Virus record (IMG/VR): IMGVR_UViG_3300045988_085724
Span: 33,123 to 97,122 of that record
Length of the DNA stretch: 64,000 nt
Strand: one strand, 5' to 3'
DNA from: a virus
The translations under genes and the position numbers were made by a program. Below are positions 13,236-24,192 of this stretch, piece after piece (position 1 is the stretch's first letter; each line of letters opens with the position of its first letter). The notes under the pieces were generated by a model, which saw only the letters and a program-made list of their open reading frames with translations, was not told where the DNA came from and searched no databases.

Positions 13236-14330
13236 TTAAGCAGCTTTATATGCAATCTCTTCAAGATTTACTCCAACATTTGTAAATTCGTCTTTAAGAG
13301 CTTTAATATCTGTTTCTGCAGGAGTTCCTGCAGCAGAAACATAAATCTCAATAGCTTGTTTTGTATGACGCTGAATATCATCAGCAGCACGATACTTTGT
13401 CTCAAATTCGATAGTAATACCATCGTACTTCTTAGAAAGATCGGTAATCATAGCAGGCTTGATGATAGGATCTGTGCAGCAGTCACGATTGAGAATTCCC
13501 TCATAACCCATAGCTTGTGCCTCACGGTCACGTACATTCTTAGCGCTCATAGGATCGTTATAACCCTCTTTCTTATTGATAGTAAGACCTGTGGGGAAAT
13601 ACTTATTCTTAGAAGCAAAACCGGCTGCCTGAGGATTAGTGTAGTATACGTTTGCATTGAAACGGACCTTATTGGCTACGTTAAGTGTATCTACGCTATT
13701 GTCATCATCATAAGGCATTGCGGTAAGAATAAGTTTGCCTTTAGCATCGTCAGCTTCAGCAGAAACATTAGTGCCGGCTTTTGCCTCTACACGAGCACGC
13801 TTATACTGATCTGTAATTATTGTAGCAAAAGCTTTGGCAACATCATCAGCGGTATCACCTTTCTTCGTAAGATATTCATAAGACTCTGTCCACTTACGGA
13901 AACGAGTAGGCATATCTTTGAAAGTAAGACGTACTACAATACGACGATTGCCCTGTGCAAACTCATTTTTATCATCAGTAAAAGCACCGTTGAAATTAAT
14001 AGTTATAGTATCCTCTTCAGCAAGTTTTGTGTTCTTTTTGTAAGCATCTGCAAGCATAAACGTTGCAGACTTGATATAATTCTTATCAATCCAGTTAGAC
14101 CACTTTACGATATTGGTATAGGTTTCGGTTTTTGCACCATGTACGCGAAGTACACCATCTTTAACAAGACCGATACGGAATTCATCAGAATTCTTCTCAT
14201 TCTTTTCAAATACGAACTTACCAACATTTCCAGCAACATTCGTTTCAGTTCCTTTAAGAGTCTTAGTTCCTTCTATTACACCTGGATTGTTTGTGTTACT
14301 AACAAACACTGTATTTACATATGTAATCAT
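13236..14330 (-). CDS. abundant virion protein (364 aa, TAG-free), function unassigned
   Basis: Uninterrupted ORF ending in TAA. It has locally elevated GC and strong codon bias like the MCP gene, and is flanked by hairpins/terminators. Confidence 0.8.
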   Translation of the reverse strand: MITYVNTVFVSNTNNPGVIEGTKTLKGTETNVAGNVGKFVFEKNEKNSDEFRIGLVKDGVLRVHGAKTETYTNIVKWSNWIDKNYIKSATFMLADAYKKNTKLAEEDTITINFNGAFTDDKNEFAQGNRRIVVRLTFKDMPTRFRKWTESYEYLTKKGDTADDVAKAFATIITDQYKRARVEAKAGTNVSAEADDAKGKLILTAMPYDDDNSVDTLNVANKVRFNANVYYTNPQAAGFASKNKYFPTGLTINKKEGYNDPMSAKNVRDREAQAMGYEGILNRDCCTDPIIKPAMITDLSKKYDGITIEFETKYRAADDIQRHTKQAIEIYVSAAGTPAETDIKALKDEFTNVGVNLEEIAYKAA

Positions 14331-14412
14331 AATTTATTATGTTTTAAATTTTCTACTTTCCCTATTAAATAAAATGCTAGACCCAACTAGCTGGGATTTC
14401 CACGTTAATTTA

Positions 14413-15108
14413 TCACTCTTGAGTATTCACTTCATTAGAAATAGTCTGATAGCGTTGCTGCATAGGTATCTAGCTTTCTATGTACATCTATGCTGCCATC
14501 TTGATTATCTCTGGCATTATTACATCTGGAAAATCGGAATACTCTTCTTTTGGATTATCCAGACTTATTTTATTTGGATTTCTAAGATAACCTAATGTGT
14601 ATTTAGTTATCTTATATTTCTTATCAGTTAAGAGATCGCATCCATTTTGTGTCTTAATACGCAATGGCCTAGCTTTATAATGACGATAATGGAAGTCAGT
14701 AAGTGTATTATTTACACGATACATAAAGCTATCTGCAGTACATTCAAATACTGACGTATCGAGTTCATGTCCATCATCAATCGAATCTATAACTACATCC
14801 TCATTTAGTACAAACATCATATTTTCAGGATAAGTTACTGTATACTTATTATACGTAGCGCGACTTTCATCCACACTACTTAAATCTAAATTGCTTGATA
14901 CAAATAGGTTTATTAAATCTTTAGTACGTTTCTCATTCTACTCATATGATGTGAAATGTGGTGCATTGCCATTAAATCTAGTTTTACAGAATTTATAAAC
15001 AGCCTGATTTAACCAATACAAAGAATCGTCAGTAGCAGGCTTATTGAGAGTATCATCTATTTGGTTTATCTCTCGCTCAAATGCGGCTAATATCTATATA
15101 TTTGTCAT
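14413..15108 (-). CDS. head-tail connector-size protein (231 codons, TAG-recoded)
   Basis: ATG 15108 overlaps the upstream TGA (ATGA); the stop is TGA 14413-14415, with at least 4 in-frame TAG. It contains track ORF 14488..14874. Confidence 0.65.
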
Positions 15109-15854
15109 CATTCATCCTCCTATTCATCTTGTTGGTTATTCTATTGATTAGATTGTCTCTAAGGCTATTTAGAAGCTGTCTAAGGCTATGAAGCACCTCC
15201 GCGCTTATAGTTTATAAATAACTAAACAGCGCCGCTTACAAGCTCATTAAAACACTCGTACGGAAGTTCACAAGCAACGCCATCGCCAAGTATAGTAAAG
15301 TTTGCCGGTATCTTGATATACCTAATGTCTATAGCTATTATTTTAGTATATTCATCTGTAATTACTTCAAACGTAGTTCCTTTTCCAGCATTCTTCATAA
15401 CTAGTAATGGTCTACGAAGTATTTTACCTTTATTATAAGGATCTCGCATTATTTGGTTATATTGCTGTGAATTTATATAATCATTGCCAACCCAAACCTA
15501 AGTTTGCGAATCTTCTTCGTCATATGGTTTTGCATAAGAACCTTCTATTAAAGAAGTAGAATCAATATACATATTGAAATCATCCAACTTAAACAGATTA
15601 TATTCATCCGGGACACATTCTCCCCAAACAATAAGTGTTTTGAGATAATCATCAATACGATTAGAAGCATTTGAATTAGGCTAAACGCGATCTTTTGTTA
15701 TATATAACTCTTTAACGAACTGATTTTGATATTCATTTAAGAATGCATAAATATCTTCAGTATCAATCTTATCAACTGTTTTAGTTGACGGAAGTATAGT
15801 TTGAATTCTACGTTCAAATTCTATCCCCAATTGTCTTGTCTATTCTAATGTCAT
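15108..15854 (-). CDS. head-tail connector-size protein (248 codons) with a Q-rich tail made largely of TAG codons
   Basis: ATG 15854 overlaps the upstream TGA; the stop is TGA 15108-15110. With TAG=Q the C-terminus reads GASQPQTASKQPQRQSNQQNNQQDEQEDE. Confidence 0.65.
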
Positions 15855-16636
15855 GCCTCTAATGATTTAGTTTGTACTACTGTTGCTAATCTAGGATCTT
15901 GTACATTTCTACAAGCAAATATTACAGCAAGATTAATAAGCTCTTCACACACAGTATTTGATAATGGGAACTTCTCAGTGTTTGTTTTCTATTGTGCAAA
16001 ACTGGTCGGCATCATAATTCCACGTATGTGCAATGAGCTATTAGTTATTTTACCTTTACTACTATCTATAAGTATGTGTATACACGTACCTTCTTTTGAA
16101 GTAGTATTTTCACTATTTTCTTTTGAAGTAGTATTTTCGCGCTATACATACATTATAGGTTCTTTTATCCAAGGTTTATTGTGAACAGTTTCCTTAAATT
16201 TATCCGCTATTACACTTGTTAATAACTAAACCGTTTCTTCATATTTATTTGTATCTTTTGAGCCTTCCGCTTTGCCGGTTTCTTTCTGTTTATCTGTATA
16301 TGTTATCTTACCACCTAATATATAAACAGGCGGTGTAACACCGTTATCATATACATATACAAACTCATTGCTTGCAATACTTGGATCTGTAGTATTTGTA
16401 GATTGGGTGAGAGTCCATATATCTATTAATGGAGCTATATCTGACATAGCTTTAGAATCCATATCTAACGCTACTTTACGAGGATTATTTCCTGTTACTT
16501 TTTGAGCTATTAAAGCATACATTGCTTTATCTAAGATAACTGCAATCTCTTCTTTTGTAAGTGAAGGATATGACGAAGATACATCAGCCTTGTCATATTC
16601 AATCAAAAAATTTTTGTATATATCATTATACGTCAT
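15851..16636 (-). CDS. head-tail connector-size protein (261 codons, TAG-recoded)
   Basis: Runs from ATG 16636 to TGA 15851-15853, with in-frame TAG at 16226, 16142 and 15989. Confidence 0.65.
16091..16140. repeat. in-frame tandem duplication (27-nt period)
   Basis: TTCTTTTGAAGTAGTATTTTC occurs twice, encoding ENTTSKE..ENTTSKE on the minus strand. Confidence 0.8.
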
Positions 16637-16651
16637 ATCTCATTCTAAATA

Positions 16652-17404
16652 TTACTTATTCTTAGTTTCGTTTATGATTGCAAGCTTAAGGTCTTGGTTC
16701 TTTTTGTTATCCAAATATGCGATTGCATCATTGAGTGAATCGGCAATCATCTCAGTACCATAATAGTACTATGTACGCTGCTTACGGATAACACCTTTAG
16801 CGATAGCTTCCTCAAGTATAAACTGAGTATCCTTAGACTTATTGTTTACCCACAAATCAAAAAATTTCTTAGGCTGCTTATCTACAAGATTAAATAATGT
16901 AGACTCAACAAGCTCATTAGACATACGCTCACCGTTAATACCAAACAGACGCAGACACTTACGCATCTGATCAAGAGTAAGCTTACCGAACTCGATAATA
17001 GCCTCTCTACGCTGCTTGTTAATCTTATTAGCTTCAATAGCTTCAGCCTGACGATTAATCAGAAGATAATCCTTACCTTCAGTAAATTTGTCAAGTGATG
17101 TAGCTACACGCTTATGTCCACTAAGGAATTTAATTGCCAAAGCCTAACTAGGAATTGAATCATCAAGTATAAGTGTGCGAGCACCTATTTTTACAGCATA
17201 ATTAATCCAGAAATCGCTAGAACGTGAAAGTCTACCTTTTTCATAACCTAAAGCTTTTTCAAAATATTCTTCATCTTCTGGCGTAAGACCAGTATATCTC
17301 ATCCCAGAACGAGTCCAATACGGACTAATATAATCAACGCATCCTTTATATTTAAGAAGACCTGCCCAGGGGTTTTTCTTTTTAATCTTTAATTCAACTA
17401 CCAT
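16652..17404 (-). CDS. capsid-associated protein (250 codons, TAG-recoded)
   Basis: Runs from ATG 17404 to TAA 16652-16654. Track ORFs 17144..17404 and 16769..17140 are in the same frame, separated by TAG 17144. A second TAG is at 16769. Confidence 0.7.
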
Positions 17405-17436
17405 AATTTTAAATTAGTATGTTGTAATGTCGTACA

Positions 17437-17454
17437 CCGGGGAACACTCCCCGG
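17437..17454 (-). terminator. GC stem-loop between the MCP and the next gene (attenuator/processing hairpin)
   Basis: CCGGGGA-ACAC-TCCCCGG is a perfect 7-bp stem. No clear U-tract follows. Confidence 0.4.
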
Positions 17455-17485
17455 CTCGAACATTATTTATATTTATTGTTTAATA

Positions 17486-18997
17486 TTAAGCACCAACTGT
17501 AGTCATGCCATTATTAGTATGCTCAGCGTCATCTGCATCGCAGTACATAATACCACAAGACAGCGGATTACGGAGCATAATACCCTCCTCACCGAGGAAG
17601 TGTACCTGATAACCATCACGGCTGTTAGAACGTACAGTATTGATGTTGTTAGCGTATCCAGCAGGAGTTACTGAACCAGCAGTACACCACTGAACAAATT
17701 CACGACCCTTGCGGCAAACCTTAACAATGTTAGCCTGGCCATCACGCTGACCAAGATCAATGAACAAGAATGTGTATGACATCAAAGGTTTACCTGACAG
17801 AGGATGAAGCTTACGGAACATTTCCATGTTATCAAACATAGCGCAACGCTTTACAGTAAGTTCAATACCATTAGTCATCTTATAAGTTGTAAACTGTCCG
17901 CCAAGAGTAAGCTCCTGACCAGAACCAGTAATGAAGTGTGTATCAATCATCTGGAAGCTAGCTACCTTATCTTTCATGATACGGTCGAATTCACGGATAC
18001 CCATTTCTCCTGTCAAAGCCATAAATTTACGCTCATTAGTACCAAGCAGATTATAGCACAGATCGAAAAGGAATTCCTCGAACAACTCACATGTCAGAGT
18101 TGTATAGTAACGTATGTTAGCGGGCGAAATCTGCTCGAACAGACCTGCTGAAATAGCTACAGGACGTCCGTTTGAACCTTTAAGGTTGTATGTACCATCA
18201 GCATTACGGTTAGACTTAGAGAACAGAAGAGCCTTCTCTTCACGTTTCTTCCACTCACGAAGAGCCTTCCAGTACTGATAATCTGACCACAAATAAGACT
18301 TCTTACCAGTCTCAGGATCAGTCAGAGCAATAGCAAGTACTGTAGAATAAGCATCACCAGTAATATCATAAGTAAGACGCAGAGTCATAAGATTATTGCG
18401 CATCTTAAACGGCGTCTGATAGTTGATGATATCAGCCTCATCACTGTACTCTTCGTAAGCTGAACCTACGCGGTCTACCTGACGACCTGGTAGCAGATAT
18501 ATACCAGGAATATAAGAGTTAGCAAAACCCTCAGCTACATAGCACTCGTATACCCAAGCGTTACCATCCTGATAAGGCATACCCTTTACGCGTACCTGGA
18601 AGTTGATGTCATCGAATGCGAGGATTGCACCAGGACCGTACCATTTCTCTTCGAGAGCGATATAGATAGGAGTACCATTAAGACCAGCTGCGGTATTTTC
18701 ATTTACATCTACACCGTCACACTTAGCCCACATAATATTAACTGCGTGGTCACCATCAATCATCACAGACCACTCATACTCACGATTATCAATAATCATA
18801 GTCTTGCCGAGACCACCGGTAATCATGTCAATGGCAGTAGATACGCCATCATCCTTTGTACCAAATACAAGTGAAAGCAGACCTGAAACCTGATGAGGAT
18901 TTGTCAGCAAAGCGTTAGAAATCATATTCTCGTCTACCAGATCAGAAAAACGCTTACCGCGATAGAGCTGGAGACCATTAAGCAAATTGTTATTCAT
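17486..18997 (-). CDS. major capsid protein (503 aa, TAG-free)
   Basis: Uninterrupted ORF ending in TAA. It has the highest GC and codon bias in the arm and lies directly downstream of the scaffold-like gene. Its size and position fit a crAss-like HK97-fold MCP. Confidence 0.75.
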   Translation of the reverse strand: MNNNLLNGLQLYRGKRFSDLVDENMISNALLTNPHQVSGLLSLVFGTKDDGVSTAIDMITGGLGKTMIIDNREYEWSVMIDGDHAVNIMWAKCDGVDVNENTAAGLNGTPIYIALEEKWYGPGAILAFDDINFQVRVKGMPYQDGNAWVYECYVAEGFANSYIPGIYLLPGRQVDRVGSAYEEYSDEADIINYQTPFKMRNNLMTLRLTYDITGDAYSTVLAIALTDPETGKKSYLWSDYQYWKALREWKKREEKALLFSKSNRNADGTYNLKGSNGRPVAISAGLFEQISPANIRYYTTLTCELFEEFLFDLCYNLLGTNERKFMALTGEMGIREFDRIMKDKVASFQMIDTHFITGSGQELTLGGQFTTYKMTNGIELTVKRCAMFDNMEMFRKLHPLSGKPLMSYTFLFIDLGQRDGQANIVKVCRKGREFVQWCTAGSVTPAGYANNINTVRSNSRDGYQVHFLGEEGIMLRNPLSCGIMYCDADDAEHTNNGMTTVGA

Positions 18998-19027
18998 ATA
19001 ATATATTAATTGATTTTAAATTTATTG

Positions 19028-20206
19028 TCAAAAGAATCTTGACGCAAGATCTACGACTGATTTAGGTTTATCTTCGACATTATAGGCTGTATGATTTTTA
19101 GCCTGATGTCTTAACATTTTTCTAAGTTTTTCTGTAGCGGATGACTCTCCGTCACGTTTAGCAGTAGACACGAACGAATCTCCCTTCATTGTAATATATG
19201 CAGTAGTAAGAAGATTATTGATAAAGTTATCCTTGTTGTTATAATCTCTTTGGAACTTTGATATTCCGTTTTGATCAACATTAAAGATATAATCAGCAAG
19301 TTTAGCTCTATCTTCTTTTGGTATCTGTACACCTCTAATGCTTGAAAGTGACTTGATTTGATTCATGCAGTCATTATAGAACTGTTTAGATTGCTCTTCT
19401 TGTTGCTGCAAATATGCGGCCTGTTGCTGTTGAGCCATTTCAAGCTCATGCTGTTTAATCTATTTGAGCCTATCGAGAGCATCAGCAGATTCCTCTTCAA
19501 GCATATCGGCGTCTTCGTAACGTGATATTTTGTTTTTTATTTGATCATCTGTATATCCACTATAGCGTAGAAGTTCGCTTACAACAGCTTTCTGGTTATC
19601 TTCATCTTCCATATCCATATTATCGTATGAAATAGACTGCTGTTGTTTACCATAAAAGTCTTCAAACTTACCGCCATTTTTAACATATTCATCGAGCTAC
19701 TATATTCGCTCATCTGCGTATTGAGGTACAGAGTTTTGCTGTACAACTTCACGCATGTAATTTGTCAAATCATCTACTGTTAAAGGACGATCTTCTTCTT
19801 TTATATCATCCATGTTCCAACCAAATGATTCGCCAATTGCGTCAAACAAGAGACCTACTTGTTGTGCTTCATGTACATCTGCATCAGATGGTTCTTGCAC
19901 ATCTTCAGTATTATCTACTGTAGCATTAGCAGGTTCCTGAACTGGTTCTTCTTTTGGTTTTCCGTCCATTCTATCAAGGACGTCCTGTGGAATCTCACTA
20001 TCATCGTCATTAATATTAGACGGATTAGTGTCATCCGCACTATTATCCTCAGCAGGTTTATCTGCTGGTTTATCGTCATCCTCAACGACGTTTATAAATG
20101 AATCTTGTGTATCCATATTGGTAGTTTCAGGCATGTTACCTTCATTACCATATACACTATTCAATAGATCATCAAACGGCGTTGGAGTAGTATTCTTTTT
20201 TGCCAT
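19028..20206 (-). CDS. putative scaffolding protein (392 codons, TAG-recoded)
   Basis: Runs from ATG 20206 to TGA 19028-19030. It has a very acidic N-terminal half and a Q-rich coiled-coil C-terminal half. Two consecutive TAGs lie at 19700/19697 and one near 19,46x. It sits immediately upstream of the MCP. Confidence 0.55.
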
Positions 20207-20264
20207 AAATTATTATAATAATTTAATTTGTTATACTTATTTTATTCACTGTTCATTCAGTGTA

Positions 20265-21452
20265 TTAGTGTTTCCATTTACGAGCGTTTAGTGCAAACTA
20301 TGCTCTTTTTCTTGTCAAAGGATTCTTAGAATGACTAAGTTCCTCTGTAGTCTTACCTGTACGTTTTTTAGTAGCATTAAACTTACCACGATTAGCTGGA
20401 TTTATATATATTCCAGATTTACCGTGATCAAAAGAGCCATCTGGTTTCTGATCGGGATATAACATAGGTTTTAATGGTATGTTTATGTATGGATTTAACA
20501 CTGTACGTATGTCTTGTGACATTGGTACGTGTACAGTACTTATGTTATAATCAGGACTCATTGGTATTTGTATATTATTAGACGGTACCTATTGCACAAT
20601 ATTACCGTTCACAACACCTGTAGGCTGAAGGCCTTTCATAAACAAATCCTGCTCATATAATCTACGCTTACGTAGGCCAGATAATTTTTTATTATTCATA
20701 CCTACATTTATGGTATCTCTAATGGCAGACAAATCGTCATATTTCATTCCATTTGCAGCCCATTGTCGTATTGCGTTCAATGTTGGATTAAAACTAGATG
20801 GCTTTATATTATAGTAATATGAAGTAAGCGCATCGCGCTGATTTTGTGTCAATGCGTCCCACGCATCATTTCCTATAATATTTCCCAATCTTTTGTAGAA
20901 CGTTCCTACTGCATCACCTCCCCATCTACGATTCTACCCGGCAAAATGCGAACCTTCAGCACTAGCTATATATTTACGAATAGATCGTGATGGACCGCCT
21001 TTTCCAGTATAATATTCAGGCAAGTTTATCTTTACTGGATGGTCTTCTGCATGATCTAAATAATCTCTAGTTCTGTTATAATTCCAGTAGTTAGCTAACT
21101 AAGACATACTAGGTGTATATTCAGTACCAGCTTCGTTCCAGCTACCACCAACTATTCCATACGGATTATAATCACTTACTTTTCCGCTATATATAGACTA
21201 ATTAGAAAAAGTAGGATGATACATAGTTTTTGCATAATCGTCAAAATGTGCAAATGCAGGAGCATATAACATAGCATTGGCCATAAAAGGACGTCCTTCA
21301 TAAAACTCATTATAGTTATACGTAGGATCGTTCAACATCTCTGTATATACTTCATCTGTAGACAAGGGCTTCATTGGAGCTTGTGTCCATTCTTGTGCTT
21401 TCTTATCAGCTATCTAATCTAGCCAAGTATAAAAATCATTTTTCTTTTTCAT
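20265..21452 (-). CDS. protein with a lysozyme-like (muramidase) segment, TAG-recoded
   Basis: Runs from ATG 21452 to TAA 20265-20267 with 6 in-frame TAG. ..WDALTQNQRDALTSYYYNIKPSSF.. resembles the GH24 lysozyme helix motif. It joins track ORFs 20589..20888 and 20298..20561. Confidence 0.45.
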
Positions 21453-21483
21453 ATGCAGTTTTTCATATAATTATCTATACGGT

Positions 21484-22764
21484 TTACAACGGCTGCAAAC
21501 TTTTTGTCCTAGAGTCTACAAACTTTAATAACTAGTCATAATCTTCAGCTTGATCAAATGTAATTCCAGGTTGAACATACCCAGTTCTCTAAGTATTAAA
21601 ATCTCGCCTACGCCAAAAAGGACCGTTTTTCTCCCAGTAATTAAATTCAGATGCTGGTGCACTTGCATGTTTAGGACTTCCATTTTCTATCAATACGACT
21701 GGAGTTCCTTTATACATAGGAGCTTTTGTATCGTAGCTACCATGCATTCCTTTTGCAAATCTAGAAGCGTTTGTACCATCTATAATATAATCGGTATTTG
21801 TTGGATCATAAAAATACTCACCTTTTACAAAACCAACAGTGCCTTCATGATTAGTAGAAGGGCGATATCCTAGGTTAATCCCCGATTTACTCGTTCTTTC
21901 GGGCCTTCCAAACGAATTCCAATCTAAACCTAAGTCTTCTAAAGCCTATTCTAAATTTACTGGGTTCATGTTCGATAATTCGTCTCTGGTAAAATATTTC
22001 AATAACTGTGGATGATGCTCAATAGCTTTATCTAAAGCACCATGATACCAACCTGTTCTAGATCTTATAATTCCTGTATTAACAGCATCATCAATCATCG
22101 GAGAAGAACCTACCCTATAAAAATGTCCTGCTTGATTAGGCGGCAGTATAGTTCTATTAAAGATTGGATGTTTTGCTTGCCACTGTAAAGCAGAGTTTAA
22201 AGCGTCTCTTCCTGTATCATTGAGTATTCTATATACCTATGAATGTGGTACTTTAGATAGGACTCGCCCTGCTCCAGAAATAGGAACTTTCGATGCACCC
22301 AAATCAAACAACAAGTTAAGTTGTTTATCTCCGTAACTATCACCAAACCCAGGATTCTTTTCATCCCACATAGGTATTCCTGTGCGTAATGTACCAATCC
22401 AATTACTTGGTGTAAACGTTCTTAACACGGGCATTGCTCCAGGGATTTTACTAACCGGCTCCATTACTTTACCTACAGTATTTCCAAGTGCATATTGTAT
22501 ACCTTCTGTTAAAGCGTACGGATTAAATGCTGATTGATACGGATATTGTTTCTTGCCTATAACTTCTACATCAGGTGTAGTAACCTCAAGATTACGTGCA
22601 TCAATTGCGCTAGGGTCTACATTAAATACACTACCGTCGTCAGTGACCACTGTGTTCTTATCTCCAGTATCATACCTAGGCAAATCAATACCTCTTATAT
22701 CCCAGTAACGTTCACCATTCTTCCATCTATCATAGCGTGCTTGAAAATCTTTAATGTTTCTCAT
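21484..22764 (-). CDS. virion protein (426 codons, TAG-recoded)
   Basis: Runs from ATG 22764 to TAA 21484-21486. I translated it codon by codon from 22237 down. TAGs are at 22237, 21946, 21589 and 21532, with no other stops. Confidence 0.7.
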
Positions 22765-24190
22765 ATAATCGTCTGTTTAAATCTTCAGCTGCTTTGCGCA
22801 AAAAATCAGCGTCATATCCTTTTTTTGTTGCAGTTTCAGCACTTATTCCACTGGATCCAATCCCTAACTCTTTTCTTAACTGTGCTTCAATTGGAGTCGC
22901 TCTATTATAAAACAACATATTACCACCAACAACTTTTTCTAGTGGTGTGTTTGGCACCTATGTAGCTTCTCTACTTACAGTAATTGGTAATCCAGTCTAT
23001 TCAGATTGATACATATAATCTTTATAAGTTGGCTATCCACGTTTCTACAGTAGTTTTCTTAAAGTTTCAGTATAATTTATATCCTCATCAGAATATCCAG
23101 CTTTTCTAAAGCTCAAAGCTCTCATTATATTAGACTAGCTAGTTTGCTCAAACGTTTCCTATTCTGCATCTCTTGCGGCCTACATTTCTGCAAATCGCTT
23201 TCTTAGTTTTGGAGTACTTAGCGTTTCATATCCTGCACTTTTGGCTGCTCGTAAAAGATCAGTATTGCCACTTACAATAGTATAATTGGACAGATTAAAC
23301 GGGTCATTATTAAAACCTTGTAATATAAATGTGTCGGAAGGCTACGTACTTAAATACGCTTTTGGATCATACATAGCTGGATTTTTTACAATAACATCAC
23401 TACCTGACCAATGTGCTTTTGGGTGGTCTCTGACAACTGTATCTGTAGTAGTATTCTACCATGGAAATCTTACCATCCTACCATTTTCATATGTCGGCAT
23501 GTTATATATATCTATTCCTTTTTTCTCAGCTCTAAATAATTCTGGCATCCTAGGTTTGGTTGGCAAATGAAGTCTTCTTCCAAAAGTTCCTAAGACTCTA
23601 TCAGATAATGAATTTCCGTAATAACCAAGAGATCCTCTAAATGTTGTATAAGGATCAAATAGCCCAGGCATAGAATTTTGTAAAAACTCAGTACCAGCTC
23701 CAATGCCATCTTTTAACATAAAAGGACTAGCTACATCAAAAATAACATTAGCAGTCATATTATTAAAGCCAGTTCCTCCAACAAGATTATCTCCAAAAGT
23801 ACCATCACCTGTTAAACTTCTTGCAGCAGCTCCAACATATGTAGACGGACTAATTAATTTACCAATTGCAGAAACTCCCTCTGCAGCATTCTAATAATTC
23901 TGCTATTCGTGTATTCGTCTTTTGACATTCTATAGCGCAATATCATCCTACCTCTTCTAATAACTAGATCTATTGTCTTGCGATACAACTTCTTGTTTGC
24001 TTTTGACAATACCTGTAGGAAAACGCAATCCTTTTTTATATTTATATATAACAGTTTCTCCTTGATTTATTTTTCTATTTACAGGTAATATTGGATGAGA
24101 TATTCGTGTATTGTCTGACGTAGCAGAGTTGTTAGTATTTAATAGCGTAGATAATCTACGATATGATAATCGTTTATTTGGTTTTGTCAT
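22751..24190 (-). CDS. virion protein (479 codons, very TAG-dense)
   Basis: Runs from ATG 24190 to TAA 22751-22753. I located 14 in-frame TAGs (23957, 23948, 23930, 23903, 23891, 23456, 23342, 23180, 23159, 23135, 23045, 23033, 22997, 22958) and found no TAA/TGA in the checked gaps. Confidence 0.7.
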
Positions 24191-24192
24191 AA

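Noticed and set aside
13221-14372. 383-aa plus-strand ORF, the longest plus ORF in the late arm
   Set aside because: It is antisense to the strongly supported 364-aa minus-strand gene 13236-14330. Its composition is low-complexity and rich in Cys, Ile, Phe and Ser, typical of a shadow ORF.
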